A stretch of 40,668 nt of DNA, taken from IMG/VR virus record IMGVR_UViG_3300028883_000081, positions 1-40,668 of that record; one strand, given 5' to 3'. Position 1 is the stretch's first letter, and each line of letters begins with the position of its first letter. This DNA comes from a virus (taxonomy: Duplodnaviria; Caudoviricetes). This document shows, piece after piece, positions 9,264 through 18,415 of this stretch. The notes under the pieces were generated by a model, which made no database searches, had not been told where the DNA came from, and saw nothing but the letters and a program-made list of their open reading frames with translations. Made by a program: the position numbers and the translations under genes.

Positions 9264-10442
9264 TCACCCCTGCCCCACCACCTCCAGCACCGTCCCCGCG
9301 GGGATCATCCCAGGGTGCGCGGGACGGTTCCGGGCCACGATATCCGCTTCCTTATCCAAGTCCTGGTAGAGATCCCACGCCAGCACCAGGCTGCTGGATG
9401 GCTGCTGCAGGGTCAGGCTGGTCAGGCTCGCCAGTTTCGCCGCCCTGCTGCGCATCCCACTGACCAATGCCTCCTGCAGGTCGACCAGCGTCGCCCCCAA
9501 CAGCGGATCACCAGTCACATCGATCAGGACCTGGAGACGGCTGGCCAGCACCCCGCTCGCTTCCAATGCTTCGTTGCTACTGGCGAAGGTGCTGCGCAAC
9601 ATCACACGGCTCATCGCAGCCACCAGCTGCCCGTTCATCAGGATCGAGGCTTCTCCTGCAGGGGTCGAATCGTCCGACGGTACCGCCATCTGATCCAGTA
9701 GATCCCTGTACCCGGCCAATTCCGCATCGGCTCGCGCTTGGGTCAGCCTTGTTTCCCCTCGGTCATCCGGATCGCTGCCCAGCGTGAACACCGATTCGAG
9801 CGTCTGCGTAATGCCGGCCACATCGTAGACCAGTTCATCGAGTCTGCTGCGGGCATTGTCGATTGACCGGCGAATATCCGCCAGCGAATTAGCCGCCCTT
9901 CGCGCATCATGCACCAGCGCCAACCCCTCGTCGATCGTGTTCACCGCCGTGCGAGCAGCCGCCGCTGAATCATGCGCGATGTCCCAGACACGGTTCATCC
10001 ATTGACGTGCCTGCTGCAGCACATTCGTGGATGCAACATCGACCGCTGTCAAGGGATCAACCGCTGCCGTCTGCAAGGCTGAGGCACGCGTGAACACCAT
10101 CGTGACGACGAAGTAACGGCCCCGATCGGAACGAGCCACGAAACGCGCATCCGCGGACACTACCACATCCAGGCTGCCATAGAAGGGATGTACGAGACGG
10201 CCCGGGCCGGACGCTTCGAGGGCTCCCTGCAGTCTGTGACGGTCCGCGATCACCGCTGGACCGATCAGGAAGCCTTCAATCGTGAAACGGCTTGCCTTCC
10301 GCCCCTGACCCTCGGAAATAGCATCGTCACGGCCCGGAATCTCGTGCAGCACATTCCGATGCCCAACCGTGTCTTCCGACCCGGCGACATGGAACCCCAC
10401 CCCGCGAAACGATGCCCGCCTCAATCCATCCGGCCAACCCAT
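9264..10442 (-). CDS. DNA circularisation protein (Mu gpN-like)
   Basis: WPDGLRRASFRGVGF...GPGRLVHPFYG N-terminus; LVLAWDLYQD...IVARN..HPG C-terminus. Confidence 0.92.
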   Translation of the reverse strand: MGWPDGLRRASFRGVGFHVAGSEDTVGHRNVLHEIPGRDDAISEGQGRKASRFTIEGFLIGPAVIADRHRLQGALEASGPGRLVHPFYGSLDVVVSADARFVARSDRGRYFVVTMVFTRASALQTAAVDPLTAVDVASTNVLQQARQWMNRVWDIAHDSAAAARTAVNTIDEGLALVHDARRAANSLADIRRSIDNARSRLDELVYDVAGITQTLESVFTLGSDPDDRGETRLTQARADAELAGYRDLLDQMAVPSDDSTPAGEASILMNGQLVAAMSRVMLRSTFASSNEALEASGVLASRLQVLIDVTGDPLLGATLVDLQEALVSGMRSRAAKLASLTSLTLQQPSSSLVLAWDLYQDLDKEADIVARNRPAHPGMIPAGTVLEVVGQG

Positions 10443-11147
10443 CTACACCCTCCTGCTCGCCATCGCCGCCGCCAGGTTCTTATCGAGCATCCCGGCCATG
10501 TTCGAGTGTTCCACCGTCATCTTCACCGTCTCTTCGAAACGCCAGCCGCGTTTGATATCCGCCGATCGCACCAGCCAGTACAGCACATCCAACGGCCTGC
10601 GGTCTGGTCCGCGCCTTCGCACAATCGCCAGCTTCCCGCCCTTCATCGTCATCAGGAATGCCTTTGCGGTCCTACGCTTTCGCGTTCCGCCATCCGCACG
10701 TTTACGCCCACCCCTGTTTGGTCCTTCATAGTCCTGCAGCAAGCGTCCCGGCTTCCAACGTGCCCGCACCTTCCCGGTCCCAGTCCTGTAGGCTTTCTTC
10801 CGCAGGTCCGCCCCTGGCACCGCGATTCTGCGACCCCGCGGGAAACGCTTTTCCCCACGTTCATGGTGAGGCATGAAGCTCGAAATCCTGTCCGCCGTAT
10901 GGACATCTGCCTGGGCAATCCCGTAGCGCTTCAGATCCCCCTTCCGTGCCGGCGTGATCCGGATCCCACGCGGGATAAACTCCCCATGCAGGTCAAATTC
11001 CCTGCGGGTCCGCCGCTGAACCGCCCCCTGCGCATCCTTTGCCACCTGGGTCAACGTCTGCGCAAAAGCGAAGGGCAACTGCTCCCTTTCCAGCCAGTTC
11101 AGATCCCGTAGGGCATCCTTGTACTGGATCGGTGCCTGGACGATCAT
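10443..11147 (-). CDS. basic phage morphogenesis protein (minor tail Z-like)
   Basis: QLPFAFAQTLTQVAKDAQ N-terminus; very Arg/Lys-rich; ATGA-coupled to the tape measure stop. Confidence 0.6.
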   Translation of the reverse strand: MIVQAPIQYKDALRDLNWLEREQLPFAFAQTLTQVAKDAQGAVQRRTRREFDLHGEFIPRGIRITPARKGDLKRYGIAQADVHTADRISSFMPHHERGEKRFPRGRRIAVPGADLRKKAYRTGTGKVRARWKPGRLLQDYEGPNRGGRKRADGGTRKRRTAKAFLMTMKGGKLAIVRRRGPDRRPLDVLYWLVRSADIKRGWRFEETVKMTVEHSNMAGMLDKNLAAAMASRRV

Positions 11148-12802
11148 TCCAGCCCCATCCCCGGCCACAGCATCCGGCCCGTATCCGGCGACAGATCCAG
11201 CGTCTCTTCCACCGTCACCGGCTGGCTGCCCGGAACCGTCTCCACACTCACACCCCTCGGCATCCCCTGGAACTTCACCAGCAATTCCGTGGGTCGTCCG
11301 CCTTGACCTGTCGCCAGGGAATCGGATTTCGGTCCCGCACCGCTTTTGATCACAGCATTGCGGTATGCATCCCTACCCGTCATCCAGTCCATCAGGCTGT
11401 TGAAGCCACCCATCCCTGCGCCAATGGGCCCAGGCAGCGAGGTCGCCCCCTGAAGCGATGCCATCCCCGTACGCACCCCCGGCAGTAGGTTCGAGATCGT
11501 CGTCAGGTAAATCGCGATCGATGCCAAACCCCCAGCGATCAGGGCGATCGGACTTGTCAACGCCACAAATACTGGCAGGAGCATCTTGAAGCCCCAGACT
11601 ACCCCGCCCCCGCCGATCAGCAGCGGTCCAATCATCCCCAGCACACCCGCAATCCCCAGCCCCCAGTTCAGGGCGACAGGGTTCGTCTTGCCAAGCTCAC
11701 GAGTTGCTGCGGCCAACCCCTTCACCTTGGCCGTCAGAATGTCCAAAGGCCCGCCTGCCTCGCCTGGACGCATGATCGCGAGGCCCAACTCTTCCGAAGC
11801 GGAACGAAGCTCTTTCACTGCGCCGGCAAAGCCACGCATCTGCACCTGTGCGACACGGTTCGCTTCGCCGTAATTCGTCTGCAGGATCTTCGACAAGCGA
11901 AGTAGTTCATCCGCACCCTGACCGACCAGCGCTGCCATGCTGGGACCGGCACGTTCCCCGAAAATCACCAGCATGTCCGCTGCGGTTGCGCCTGCGGTTT
12001 GCAGCTGACGGACCAACCCAACCAGGTCAGAGAGATTCCCCTGGCTGTCCAGGATGTCCTTACGGCCTATCCCCAACGCGGTCAGGCGTTTTTTCGCTTC
12101 TGCGGATGGGTCGGTGATCTTCGAAAGGATCCCGCGCAACCCTGTCCCGGCCATCGTCGCCTGGATACCAGCATTGCCAAGCAACCCGATGGCCGCAGCC
12201 GTCTGTTCAAAGGGAACCTTCATGGCTGCAGCAATGGGAGCGACCATCTTCATCGCTTCGCCCAGCTGCTCGAGGTTGGTGTTGCTGCGGATGAACGTGC
12301 CGACCATCACATCATTGACACGATTGATACGGTCAGCCGACAATCCGTAGCCGGTCAGAATATTCGAAGCAATATCCGCGGAACGTGCCAGGTCGATCTG
12401 CGCCGCGGATGCCAGGTCCAGCACACCCGGCGTCGCTGCAAGGATCTGGTTTGCCTGGAACCCGGCCATCGACAGGAAGCCCATCGCATCGGCTGCCTGC
12501 GATGCGGAAAACTGGGTGGTCGCCCCGAGGTCACGCGCCTGGCTTGATAGCTGGGCAAACTGGACAGCGTTCGCCTGGGTGAGGACCTGGACACGGTTCA
12601 TCGAGGCTTCGTACCCCGCGGCCGTGTGGACCATTAGCCCCAATCCGAGTGCAAGAGGTGCCGTGACACGGGTTGCCATCCAACGGCCCGTGTTGGTCAT
12701 CTTCCGACCAATGGAATCGATGCGCCTGCCGACACGGCCCAGCACATTGCTGGCCTTGTCCTGCCCGATGATCGGCACCACAATTGGTCGTATTCCGCCC
12801 AC
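11144..12802 (-). CDS. tail tape measure protein (TP901-type core)
   Basis: ARDLGATTQFSASQAADAMGFLSMAGF, LGNAGIQATMAGTGLR motifs; follows the chaperone. Confidence 0.95.
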   Translation of the reverse strand: MGGIRPIVVPIIGQDKASNVLGRVGRRIDSIGRKMTNTGRWMATRVTAPLALGLGLMVHTAAGYEASMNRVQVLTQANAVQFAQLSSQARDLGATTQFSASQAADAMGFLSMAGFQANQILAATPGVLDLASAAQIDLARSADIASNILTGYGLSADRINRVNDVMVGTFIRSNTNLEQLGEAMKMVAPIAAAMKVPFEQTAAAIGLLGNAGIQATMAGTGLRGILSKITDPSAEAKKRLTALGIGRKDILDSQGNLSDLVGLVRQLQTAGATAADMLVIFGERAGPSMAALVGQGADELLRLSKILQTNYGEANRVAQVQMRGFAGAVKELRSASEELGLAIMRPGEAGGPLDILTAKVKGLAAATRELGKTNPVALNWGLGIAGVLGMIGPLLIGGGGVVWGFKMLLPVFVALTSPIALIAGGLASIAIYLTTISNLLPGVRTGMASLQGATSLPGPIGAGMGGFNSLMDWMTGRDAYRNAVIKSGAGPKSDSLATGQGGRPTELLVKFQGMPRGVSVETVPGSQPVTVEETLDLSPDTGRMLWPGMGLE

Positions 12803-12819
12803 GTCTACCCTCTCTGCCT

Positions 12820-12927
12820 GGGTGGCCCGACTTGCTCGTCAAGTCGGGTTTATTCATCCAGTGTAGGCCGGGGTTTCCAACCCCGGCGAGGATGCCGTCA
12901 GGCATCAACTTCACCGCCGAAGGCAAC
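12820..12927 (+). repeat. REP-like composite element, family A (full copy plus CACCGCCGAAGGC tail)
   Basis: Near-identical to the copies at 7423 and 29952; the tail motif is shared with the 25617 copy. Confidence 0.92.
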
Positions 12928-13107
12928 CTACCCCACTTCCCGCTTAACCGCTTCCTTCTCCGCTTCGTTCAATGTGACCAACCCGTCCAGCCACCAGCCC
13001 GCCTCAACATCATCCAGGGCAAGAGCATCCCCCGGGCTGAAATGCAGGTCACGAGCCAAACGGACCGCTACCAGCCACCCTCCGGCTCGTTCCCACCCGG
13101 CAAAAAA
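12928..13107 (-). CDS. tail assembly chaperone -1 frameshift extension (gpGT / GpE'-like)
   Basis: Slippery T TTT TTG (minus strand, 13107-13101); the -1 frame reads FAGWERAGGWLVAVRLARDLHFSPGDALALDDVEAGWWLDGLVTLNEAEKEAVKREVG*, resembling the GpE'-type LA..FH.SP..W pattern. Confidence 0.8.
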   Translation of the reverse strand, partial: FFAGWERAGGWLVAVRLARDLHFSPGDALALDDVEAGWWLDGLVTLNEAEKEAVKREVG

Positions 13108-13529
13108 CCGTTGACCACTTTCGTAAGCTGGAAGTAATCGTACCCGTCCAGCTGATCGAGTTCGTACTGCTGCAGTCCGGTAGCTGAACCGATGAAATAG
13201 GCCGTCTGATCACCGGTTTTCCCGAGGTTCATCCCTTCACGAAGGGCCTTACCCGAGAGGCGATGATGGATTTTCACCTCTTCCAGGGTCTTCAGCACCT
13301 TGTTGTTCGTTTTTCCCTTGATCTCGACCTGGTAGCGGAGACTGTAGATCAATGGCAGACGAAGGCTGCCATCTTCCGCAGCTTCCTTCGCCTCATCCAC
13401 CGATAGGTTCTTCCCGTCTGCATCCTGGAAGGGATACGTCACGAGATCATCCCGATCGTCGCCCTTACCCTGGTCCGCCTTCTGGTCCATCGCTTCCACA
13501 TCCTGCTGCATCTGATCTTCGTTGTGCAT
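13068..13529 (-). CDS. tail assembly chaperone
   Basis: Lies between tube and tape measure genes; ELDQLDGYDYFQL..VVNGFL C-terminus; start moved to MHNEDQ with GGAAGGA RBS. Confidence 0.85.
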   Translation of the reverse strand: MHNEDQMQQDVEAMDQKADQGKGDDRDDLVTYPFQDADGKNLSVDEAKEAAEDGSLRLPLIYSLRYQVEIKGKTNNKVLKTLEEVKIHHRLSGKALREGMNLGKTGDQTAYFIGSATGLQQYELDQLDGYDYFQLTKVVNGFLPGGNEPEGGW

Positions 13530-13554
13530 CGTCCTGTCCTTCCCCTGGGGGAGA

Positions 13555-13664
13555 GTGACAGTCACGAGGCCCTTGACCCTTAAGAGTGACTGTCACGACT
13601 CCGTTCGCAACAATGATTCCAGGTGACAGTCCCGAGGCTGTTGCTGTTTAAGAGGGACTGTCAC
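13555..13664. repeat. family C: two GTGACWGTCAC-N20-GTGACWGTCAC doublets
   Basis: 13555-13596 and 13623-13664; the second is GTGACAGTCCC-N20-GGGACTGTCAC (compensatory change). Confidence 0.92.
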
Positions 13665-13675
13665 GATTCCACCCC

Positions 13676-14026
13676 CTACACAAAGTCCCCGTTCGGCCCT
13701 TCGAACACCGCCGAGATTTTACCTGTTTGCGGGTTGTAACCGCGCTCTCCCGTATAGGAAGCGTCCGGCATGAAGAAGGTTTTACCGTTCTTGAACGGCA
13801 CCTCGACCGTCGCACCATCCACATCGTAGATCGTCGACGGGCTCTTGTCTTCCGGCACATAGACCTCGATCTCGCAGCGTGCCCCTTCCTCGGTTTCCGT
13901 AAACCCGGCATGGCCGTTGTGCGCCTGCAACGATTCACGCTTCTTGCCACTGGGACGGCACATCGGTTCGCCATCTGTCTGGTAACGGGTCCCGTTGATC
14001 ACGAGCCCATCCGCTCCTTTTGCCAT
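13676..14026 (-). CDS. tail tube protein (Mu gpM-like)
   Basis: 116 aa after the sheath; GKKRES....GHAGFTE pattern; start moved to MAKGADG (GAGGCAGGA RBS) because the upstream ORF extension is the repeat array. Confidence 0.85.
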   Translation of the reverse strand: MAKGADGLVINGTRYQTDGEPMCRPSGKKRESLQAHNGHAGFTETEEGARCEIEVYVPEDKSPSTIYDVDGATVEVPFKNGKTFFMPDASYTGERGYNPQTGKISAVFEGPNGDFV

Positions 14027-14047
14027 ATCCTGCCTCACTTTCCAAAA

Positions 14048-14167
14048 GTGACTGTCACCAAGACGTTTCTTTTTGAGAGTGACTGTCACCAATCCCAACC
14101 CCGTGACAGTCACCAAGGTTTTGAGGTTTAAGAGTGACTGTCACCAACCCTACCCTGTGACTGCCAC
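14048..14167. repeat. family C: two GTGACWGTCAC-N20-GTGACTGTCAC doublets plus a degenerate half
   Basis: 14048-14089, 14103-14144; GTGACTGCCAC at 14157-14167. Confidence 0.92.
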
Positions 14168-14184
14168 CACACCCCACCCAGGGG

Positions 14185-14228
14185 CGCCGGGTCCAGTCAC
14201 CGGCCCACCGCCAGTGCAGGACCCGGCG
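14185..14228 (-). promoter_or_regulatory. long RNA hairpin just after the sheath stop codon
   Basis: CGCCGGGTCC/GGACCCGGCG outer stem; inner CACTGGC/GCCGGTG pairs fully only on the minus strand (G-U); no U-tract. Confidence 0.5.
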
Positions 14229-14237
14229 TTGCCGCCC

Positions 14238-15722
14238 CTACTGCTTGAACTGGAACGTGCCGGCAATCGACCGCAGCTGGTTCATCAGGTCAGGAGTCGC
14301 CAGCACTTCAACCACATTTGGATCGGCCATTTTCCGCTGCACCACGATACCGTCCTTGAAGCTGTCGTAATCCTCGACCCAGCCCTTGCTGATCCAGGTC
14401 CGGCACAGCCCCAGCATCTCGTTCTTGATCCGCCCTGGCGTCACCACTGGTCCGCCTTCGGGACCCACACCCGCATCGCTGGAGGCCAGCTTCGCACGTG
14501 GGTAACGGGTCTGCAGATGGGTCACCGTTTCGTAACGCAGATGCATCAAGGTGAGCTTGGTGTTCAGGTCACGGTAGGTCGGGTCCGCAGCACCAGCACC
14601 GTTCGTCTGGTACATGGTCACCAGACGTTCAATCCGCATGGCCCGCGCACCGTCCGGGACAATCGTCGCGATGCCATCCAGCAGCAGCAGTTCACGTTCC
14701 GTGCGGGTTAGGTCGCTGCCGCGAGTCGGTGCGAGGATCCCGGTCAGGCTGAGGGTCTGGAAGGGACGAGCCGGATCTGCGCTGCCTTCCGTAGCGACCA
14801 CTGCCGCGACCACCGCAGCCACATCTTCCGGGGTATTCGGGATCCCGTTGCAACCGATCGAGGTCACATGCTTCGAGTTGCGCCCGTTGCCCCAGCTGGC
14901 AAGTACCGCCACCGATGCCGCAACCTTGCCCACAAAGACATGCCCGTCGTGCATCACATCGGCACCCCACTGCGCATCCAGCACCGCCTCGATCGCGGTC
15001 AGGTTGGTCGCATCGACATACGGCATCGCGATCACCTGGTACCAGTCCTCGCCGATCAAATCGGTAATCGTGGTGACATCCGGGTTGGTCGCACCGGCGG
15101 TCATCGCGGATCCCGTGTCACCCATCGCAGCAATCGTCACCGTCAGGCCCGCAGGAACCGCTTCACCGTCTCCGTAGCTGACACGCACATCGATGTCGTT
15201 GCCCGCTTCGCCCTTGTGACGCGCCGTCAGGCCGATCGTGCCGTCCTCGTTGTCCGTGGCCGTCACAGGCAGGTCGGTGTCTGCGTTGATCGCCGCTGCC
15301 ACATCCGCATCGAGATCGGTGTGAGCATCCCCGACCGCAACAGCAACCGTCACCTTCTTCCCTGCTATCCAGAGATTGATCGTCCCTGCAGCCGTCGCAG
15401 TACCCGCCAGCGTAATCAGACCTGTCGCGGCAACACCCGCGCCCGCGTCTGCCAGACCACCACAATAGAGGGTCGCCTTCGGATTGGCCGCGAAATAGGC
15501 CGCACACATCCGGGCCAGTTGGCTGCCGACACCGTAGTATTCCTCCGCCATCGCGGCCGAGGTCACCAGGTCGATACGGCCCTCGTCGAGGCTGCCCGCG
15601 GCAAGCAGGCCGCCGATGAAGAGCACCTTGTACGGCAGGTCCCCCACACCATCCTGGGACTGGCTGCCATCAAAGTTGAATGCCACAATGGGCGTCAATC
15701 CTGTGGTCGGAAACGTGCTCAT
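14238..15722 (-). CDS. tail sheath protein (Mu gpL-like)
   Basis: YGVGSQLARM, DPARPFQTL, LLLDGIAT, IERLVTMYQTN..GAADPTYRDL, PDLMNQLR motifs. Confidence 0.96.
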   Translation of the reverse strand: MSTFPTTGLTPIVAFNFDGSQSQDGVGDLPYKVLFIGGLLAAGSLDEGRIDLVTSAAMAEEYYGVGSQLARMCAAYFAANPKATLYCGGLADAGAGVAATGLITLAGTATAAGTINLWIAGKKVTVAVAVGDAHTDLDADVAAAINADTDLPVTATDNEDGTIGLTARHKGEAGNDIDVRVSYGDGEAVPAGLTVTIAAMGDTGSAMTAGATNPDVTTITDLIGEDWYQVIAMPYVDATNLTAIEAVLDAQWGADVMHDGHVFVGKVAASVAVLASWGNGRNSKHVTSIGCNGIPNTPEDVAAVVAAVVATEGSADPARPFQTLSLTGILAPTRGSDLTRTERELLLLDGIATIVPDGARAMRIERLVTMYQTNGAGAADPTYRDLNTKLTLMHLRYETVTHLQTRYPRAKLASSDAGVGPEGGPVVTPGRIKNEMLGLCRTWISKGWVEDYDSFKDGIVVQRKMADPNVVEVLATPDLMNQLRSIAGTFQFKQ

Positions 15723-15985
15723 TTCGACCCTCCGCTACGCTTTTTCTTGTCGTCCGCCTCGGCCTGTTTCGGCAGGGCCTTCGATTCGTCCCCATCAGAC
15801 ATGGCAGGGGCCTCCAGCGTGATGTCACCCTGGGTAAGGCGCCTGCGCCAGTACGGCGCCCAGGACACCGCCTGCCCCGTCCCTGGGATCACCATCGCCG
15901 TGTGAGGGTGACGGACCCGGCGCCCTTCTGCCGGGTAGATCGTCACACGATCCCCCAGCACCGGCATCTGTTTCGTTTCTTGCAT
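15719..15985 (-). CDS. DUF2635-like protein (Mu gp38-like)
   Basis: PAEGRRVRHP...YWRRRLTQGDI motif immediately upstream of the sheath. Confidence 0.88.
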   Translation of the reverse strand: MQETKQMPVLGDRVTIYPAEGRRVRHPHTAMVIPGTGQAVSWAPYWRRRLTQGDITLEAPAMSDGDESKALPKQAEADDKKKRSGGSK

Positions 15986-16001
15986 CTACAGCCTCCCTTT
16001 C

Positions 16002-16041
16002 GGGTGGCCCGACTTGCCAGCAAGTCGGGTTTATTCATCCA
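16002..16041 (+). repeat. REP-like family A, hairpin 1 only
   Basis: GGGTGGCCCGACTTGCCAGCAAGTCGGGTTTATTCATCCA. Confidence 0.9.
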
Positions 16042-16042
16042 A

Positions 16043-16609
16043 TTATTGAGGTTCTACCTTGAATCCCTGGTCGTCCACATCTTCACTGCTGTTCAGCTGC
16101 ACCGTCCCCTCGATCGACTTGAAGGAATCCTCTGGACGTTCACGCTGGGGACGGTCCTCGTCGTACTGGATCTGGTAACGCGCCACCAACCCCCCGACCG
16201 CCACCAGCCCCTCGCCCAGGTCCGTTTGATCGTTCAACTCTTCCGTCCCGGATGGCACCAGGTCGGTCACCACACCGCCGAGGGTTTCGTCCTCCAGCAG
16301 GGCTGCCATCGCGGATGCCGCATAATCATCCAGATCATCCGCCAGGTCGCTGTACTGCCCATCGTCGTCCGGCGTACGGTCCAAGTCGATGAAGACCACT
16401 TCGAGACGGCCCACCATTTCGTAGGTGTCCGGGCCGCGTCGAATAGATCCCACATCATCCGTATGAATGCGCACGAGACAGCAGGGCAGATGCTGGTACC
16501 AGGTCGGTGACAATCGACCACCGAAAATCCGCTTCGGCAGGCCATCCGCCGCACGCAGCACCTCGAGCACCTTCCGCCTGATCGCTTTCCGCCTGCTGCT
16601 CGCCATCAC
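16043..16609 (-). CDS. putative tail terminator / completion protein
   Basis: RKAIRRKVLEVL...LPC..V...DDLDD..AL..DETLGG pattern; synteny. Confidence 0.7.
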   Translation of the reverse strand: MMASSRRKAIRRKVLEVLRAADGLPKRIFGGRLSPTWYQHLPCCLVRIHTDDVGSIRRGPDTYEMVGRLEVVFIDLDRTPDDDGQYSDLADDLDDYAASAMAALLEDETLGGVVTDLVPSGTEELNDQTDLGEGLVAVGGLVARYQIQYDEDRPQRERPEDSFKSIEGTVQLNSSEDVDDQGFKVEPQ

Positions 16610-16983
16610 ACGCTCCTGAAGTAGATCGTCGTCACACCGTGACGCTCGATCGGAGGTTGACTCACCTGGTACGTCCGCCCCTGGATCATCACCTTGTCAT
16701 TCGGCTGGATCTTCGCCGTCAGCAGGTGCGTCGGCACCATCAGCTGCGGGGTCGCACTCGGCACCATTACCCCCGAATCAAGGTCCAGCTCCACACCCGT
16801 TTCATCGAATATCCCTGACACCGTTAAGGGCGATTGATTCGCCAGCAGCAGCGTAGCCGATACCGAAAATTCAGCCGCGAACACCGACGCCAGGTCTGCC
16901 CGGAATTGCGCATCGATGTCGGACAGGACCACGAGGATCCCGACCGCTGTTCCCACCGCTGTCCTCGGCGCAATCCCGTTCAC
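16606..16983 (-). CDS. head-tail joining protein (lambda gpFII-like)
   Basis: VFAAEFSV...VSGIFD...DKVMIQGRTYQV...GVTTI pattern; true start may be internal. Confidence 0.7.
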   Translation of the reverse strand: MNGIAPRTAVGTAVGILVVLSDIDAQFRADLASVFAAEFSVSATLLLANQSPLTVSGIFDETGVELDLDSGVMVPSATPQLMVPTHLLTAKIQPNDKVMIQGRTYQVSQPPIERHGVTTIYFRSV

Positions 16984-16986
16984 CGC

Positions 16987-17355
16987 TTAGTCCTTCCCTT
17001 GACGATTCGCTTGACGTTCGATGTCCAGCGATTTCGCAACACCTTTGATCATTTCCACTACCGCAGCGAGTTGCGCCGCCAGCTTGGAGAAATCACTGCG
17101 CAGGCTCGCCATCGCACCATTGAATTCATCCTTCGCCAGCTTGTTGTCACGGACATGCTGCAAACCAAGCGCAAGGTTTTCGATCTCCCGCTCGTGTGAA
17201 TCGAGCTTCTCCTCGACTTTCCCGAGACGACGGCTGTTGTCACGAAGCGTCCACCCCACACCGATAAACCAACCGATCGCCCCGGCCACCACACCAACAA
17301 TCGCCACAAGGGCCGTAATCCATTCCGGCGTCAACGAAAGAGCCATCAGATTCAT
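16987..17355 (-). CDS. membrane protein with N-terminal TM helix and coiled coil (holin/antiholin-like candidate)
   Basis: WITALVAIVGVVAGAIGWFIGVGW followed by a heptad-rich region. Confidence 0.6.
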   Translation of the reverse strand: MNLMALSLTPEWITALVAIVGVVAGAIGWFIGVGWTLRDNSRRLGKVEEKLDSHEREIENLALGLQHVRDNKLAKDEFNGAMASLRSDFSKLAAQLAAVVEMIKGVAKSLDIERQANRQGKD

Positions 17356-17357
17356 AG

Positions 17358-17765
17358 TCAGATCCTGAACACTTTGTTGGTTCCGTTGTCCCAGGTTATC
17401 GTGAAATCGCTACCAGCTGGCGTGAAGGGCAGGCTGTCATCTTCGTCCAGGACAGCCAGCAACGGGCTCGCAGCATCATCACTTTTCAGCACCGCCAGCA
17501 GCACCGCACCCACGTCCCCGGAATGCGTCACAGTGGGCCAGGTCACATCGTCCGCATCGAAGGCACCCGCCGCCACCGAGCAGCCTGAAAGGGTCTGCAC
17601 CGCGACACGTGCCCCCTCCGGCACATCCGCCAGGCTGGAGTGATTCACCAGGTCCGGCGTGTAGAGGTCCAGATCGATCAGGAATGCCACCACCTGGTCG
17701 CCTTCCAGGTCGATCTGTCCCAGCAGGAACCCGTCACGTGCCCCGTTGTACATCCCGTTCGCCAT
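17358..17765 (-). CDS. putative virion structural protein
   Basis: MANGMYN...FDADDVTW...LPFTPAGSDFTITWDNGTNKVFRI resembles a common phage structural family. Confidence 0.65.
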   Translation of the reverse strand: MANGMYNGARDGFLLGQIDLEGDQVVAFLIDLDLYTPDLVNHSSLADVPEGARVAVQTLSGCSVAAGAFDADDVTWPTVTHSGDVGAVLLAVLKSDDAASPLLAVLDEDDSLPFTPAGSDFTITWDNGTNKVFRI

Positions 17766-17777
17766 CGATGCCCTCTC

Positions 17778-17807
17778 AAGTCATTGCGAGCGAAGCGAAG
17801 CAACCCC
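17778..17807 (+). repeat. REP-like family B (GTCATTGCGAG..GAAGCAACCCC)
   Basis: AAGTCATTGCGAGCGAAGCGAAGCAACCCC; recurs at 20620, 25142, 26228 and 33902. Confidence 0.88.
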
Positions 17808-17822
17808 CGTCCGCACGCAACC

Positions 17823-18350
17823 CTATTCCTTCACGTACCGCCACCAGCCACGGACCGCTACCGTATCATCTTCGCTGCCGTAGACCGTCACACGGACCGC
17901 CAGGGACCCCTTCCAGGTCAATTCCGGTTCCCTGGCGGATGGGTTGCCCAACAGCAACGGATACCAGGTTGAGTCGATCGGAACAAACCCGACTCCCACC
18001 GAGGTGGCGATCCAGTTCGGAGTGCCCCACTCCTCACAATTGGTGTCAATCAGCGCTGCACGCCATCCGAGAAGGGCTGCAGCGTCGGTGTCCAGGGGAC
18101 GCCAGGCCACCCGAATGCTGTCCGCTGGCCCCTGGGCGACCGAATCCACCAGCACCGCGCCGTAGAATCTGGATGCGGTCGACGGCACGTCGAACGTGAG
18201 CGTTGCAGATCCCGACCCGCCTGCATCCACTATCACCGTGTCCGGACCATCGGCCACACGCCACCCGATCGGTTCACCGAAGACCACCCCGCCCGCGAGA
18301 AACATCGTTCCCGCCAGTAGAATCGCAAGACATGTCAGAAGTCGCTTCAT
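17823..18350 (-). CDS. hypothetical protein with Sec-type signal peptide
   Basis: MKRLLTCLAILLAGTMFLAGGVVFG; AAGGA RBS; beta-rich body. Confidence 0.75.
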   Translation of the reverse strand: MKRLLTCLAILLAGTMFLAGGVVFGEPIGWRVADGPDTVIVDAGGSGSATLTFDVPSTASRFYGAVLVDSVAQGPADSIRVAWRPLDTDAAALLGWRAALIDTNCEEWGTPNWIATSVGVGFVPIDSTWYPLLLGNPSAREPELTWKGSLAVRVTVYGSEDDTVAVRGWWRYVKE

Positions 18351-18368
18351 CGTTGTTTCCTTCGAACA

Positions 18369-18393
18369 CCCCGGCCCAGCCTGTGGGCCGGGG
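18369..18393. terminator. GC-rich hairpin, probable terminator or stability element
   Basis: CCCCGGCCCA-GCCTG-TGGGCCGGGG; TTATTTT follows on +, TGTT on -. Confidence 0.6.
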
Positions 18394-18415
18394 TTATTTT
18401 GAGTTCACCCACCGA

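Noticed and set aside
14027-14116. N-terminal extension of the tail tube (and 13530-13565 of the chaperone)
   Set aside because: Artefact of reading through the GTGACWGTCAC arrays; better starts with an RBS lie downstream
13555-14167. CRISPR array
   Set aside because: Repeats are only 11 bp, spacers within each pair resemble each other, gaps alternate in length, and no cas genes are present
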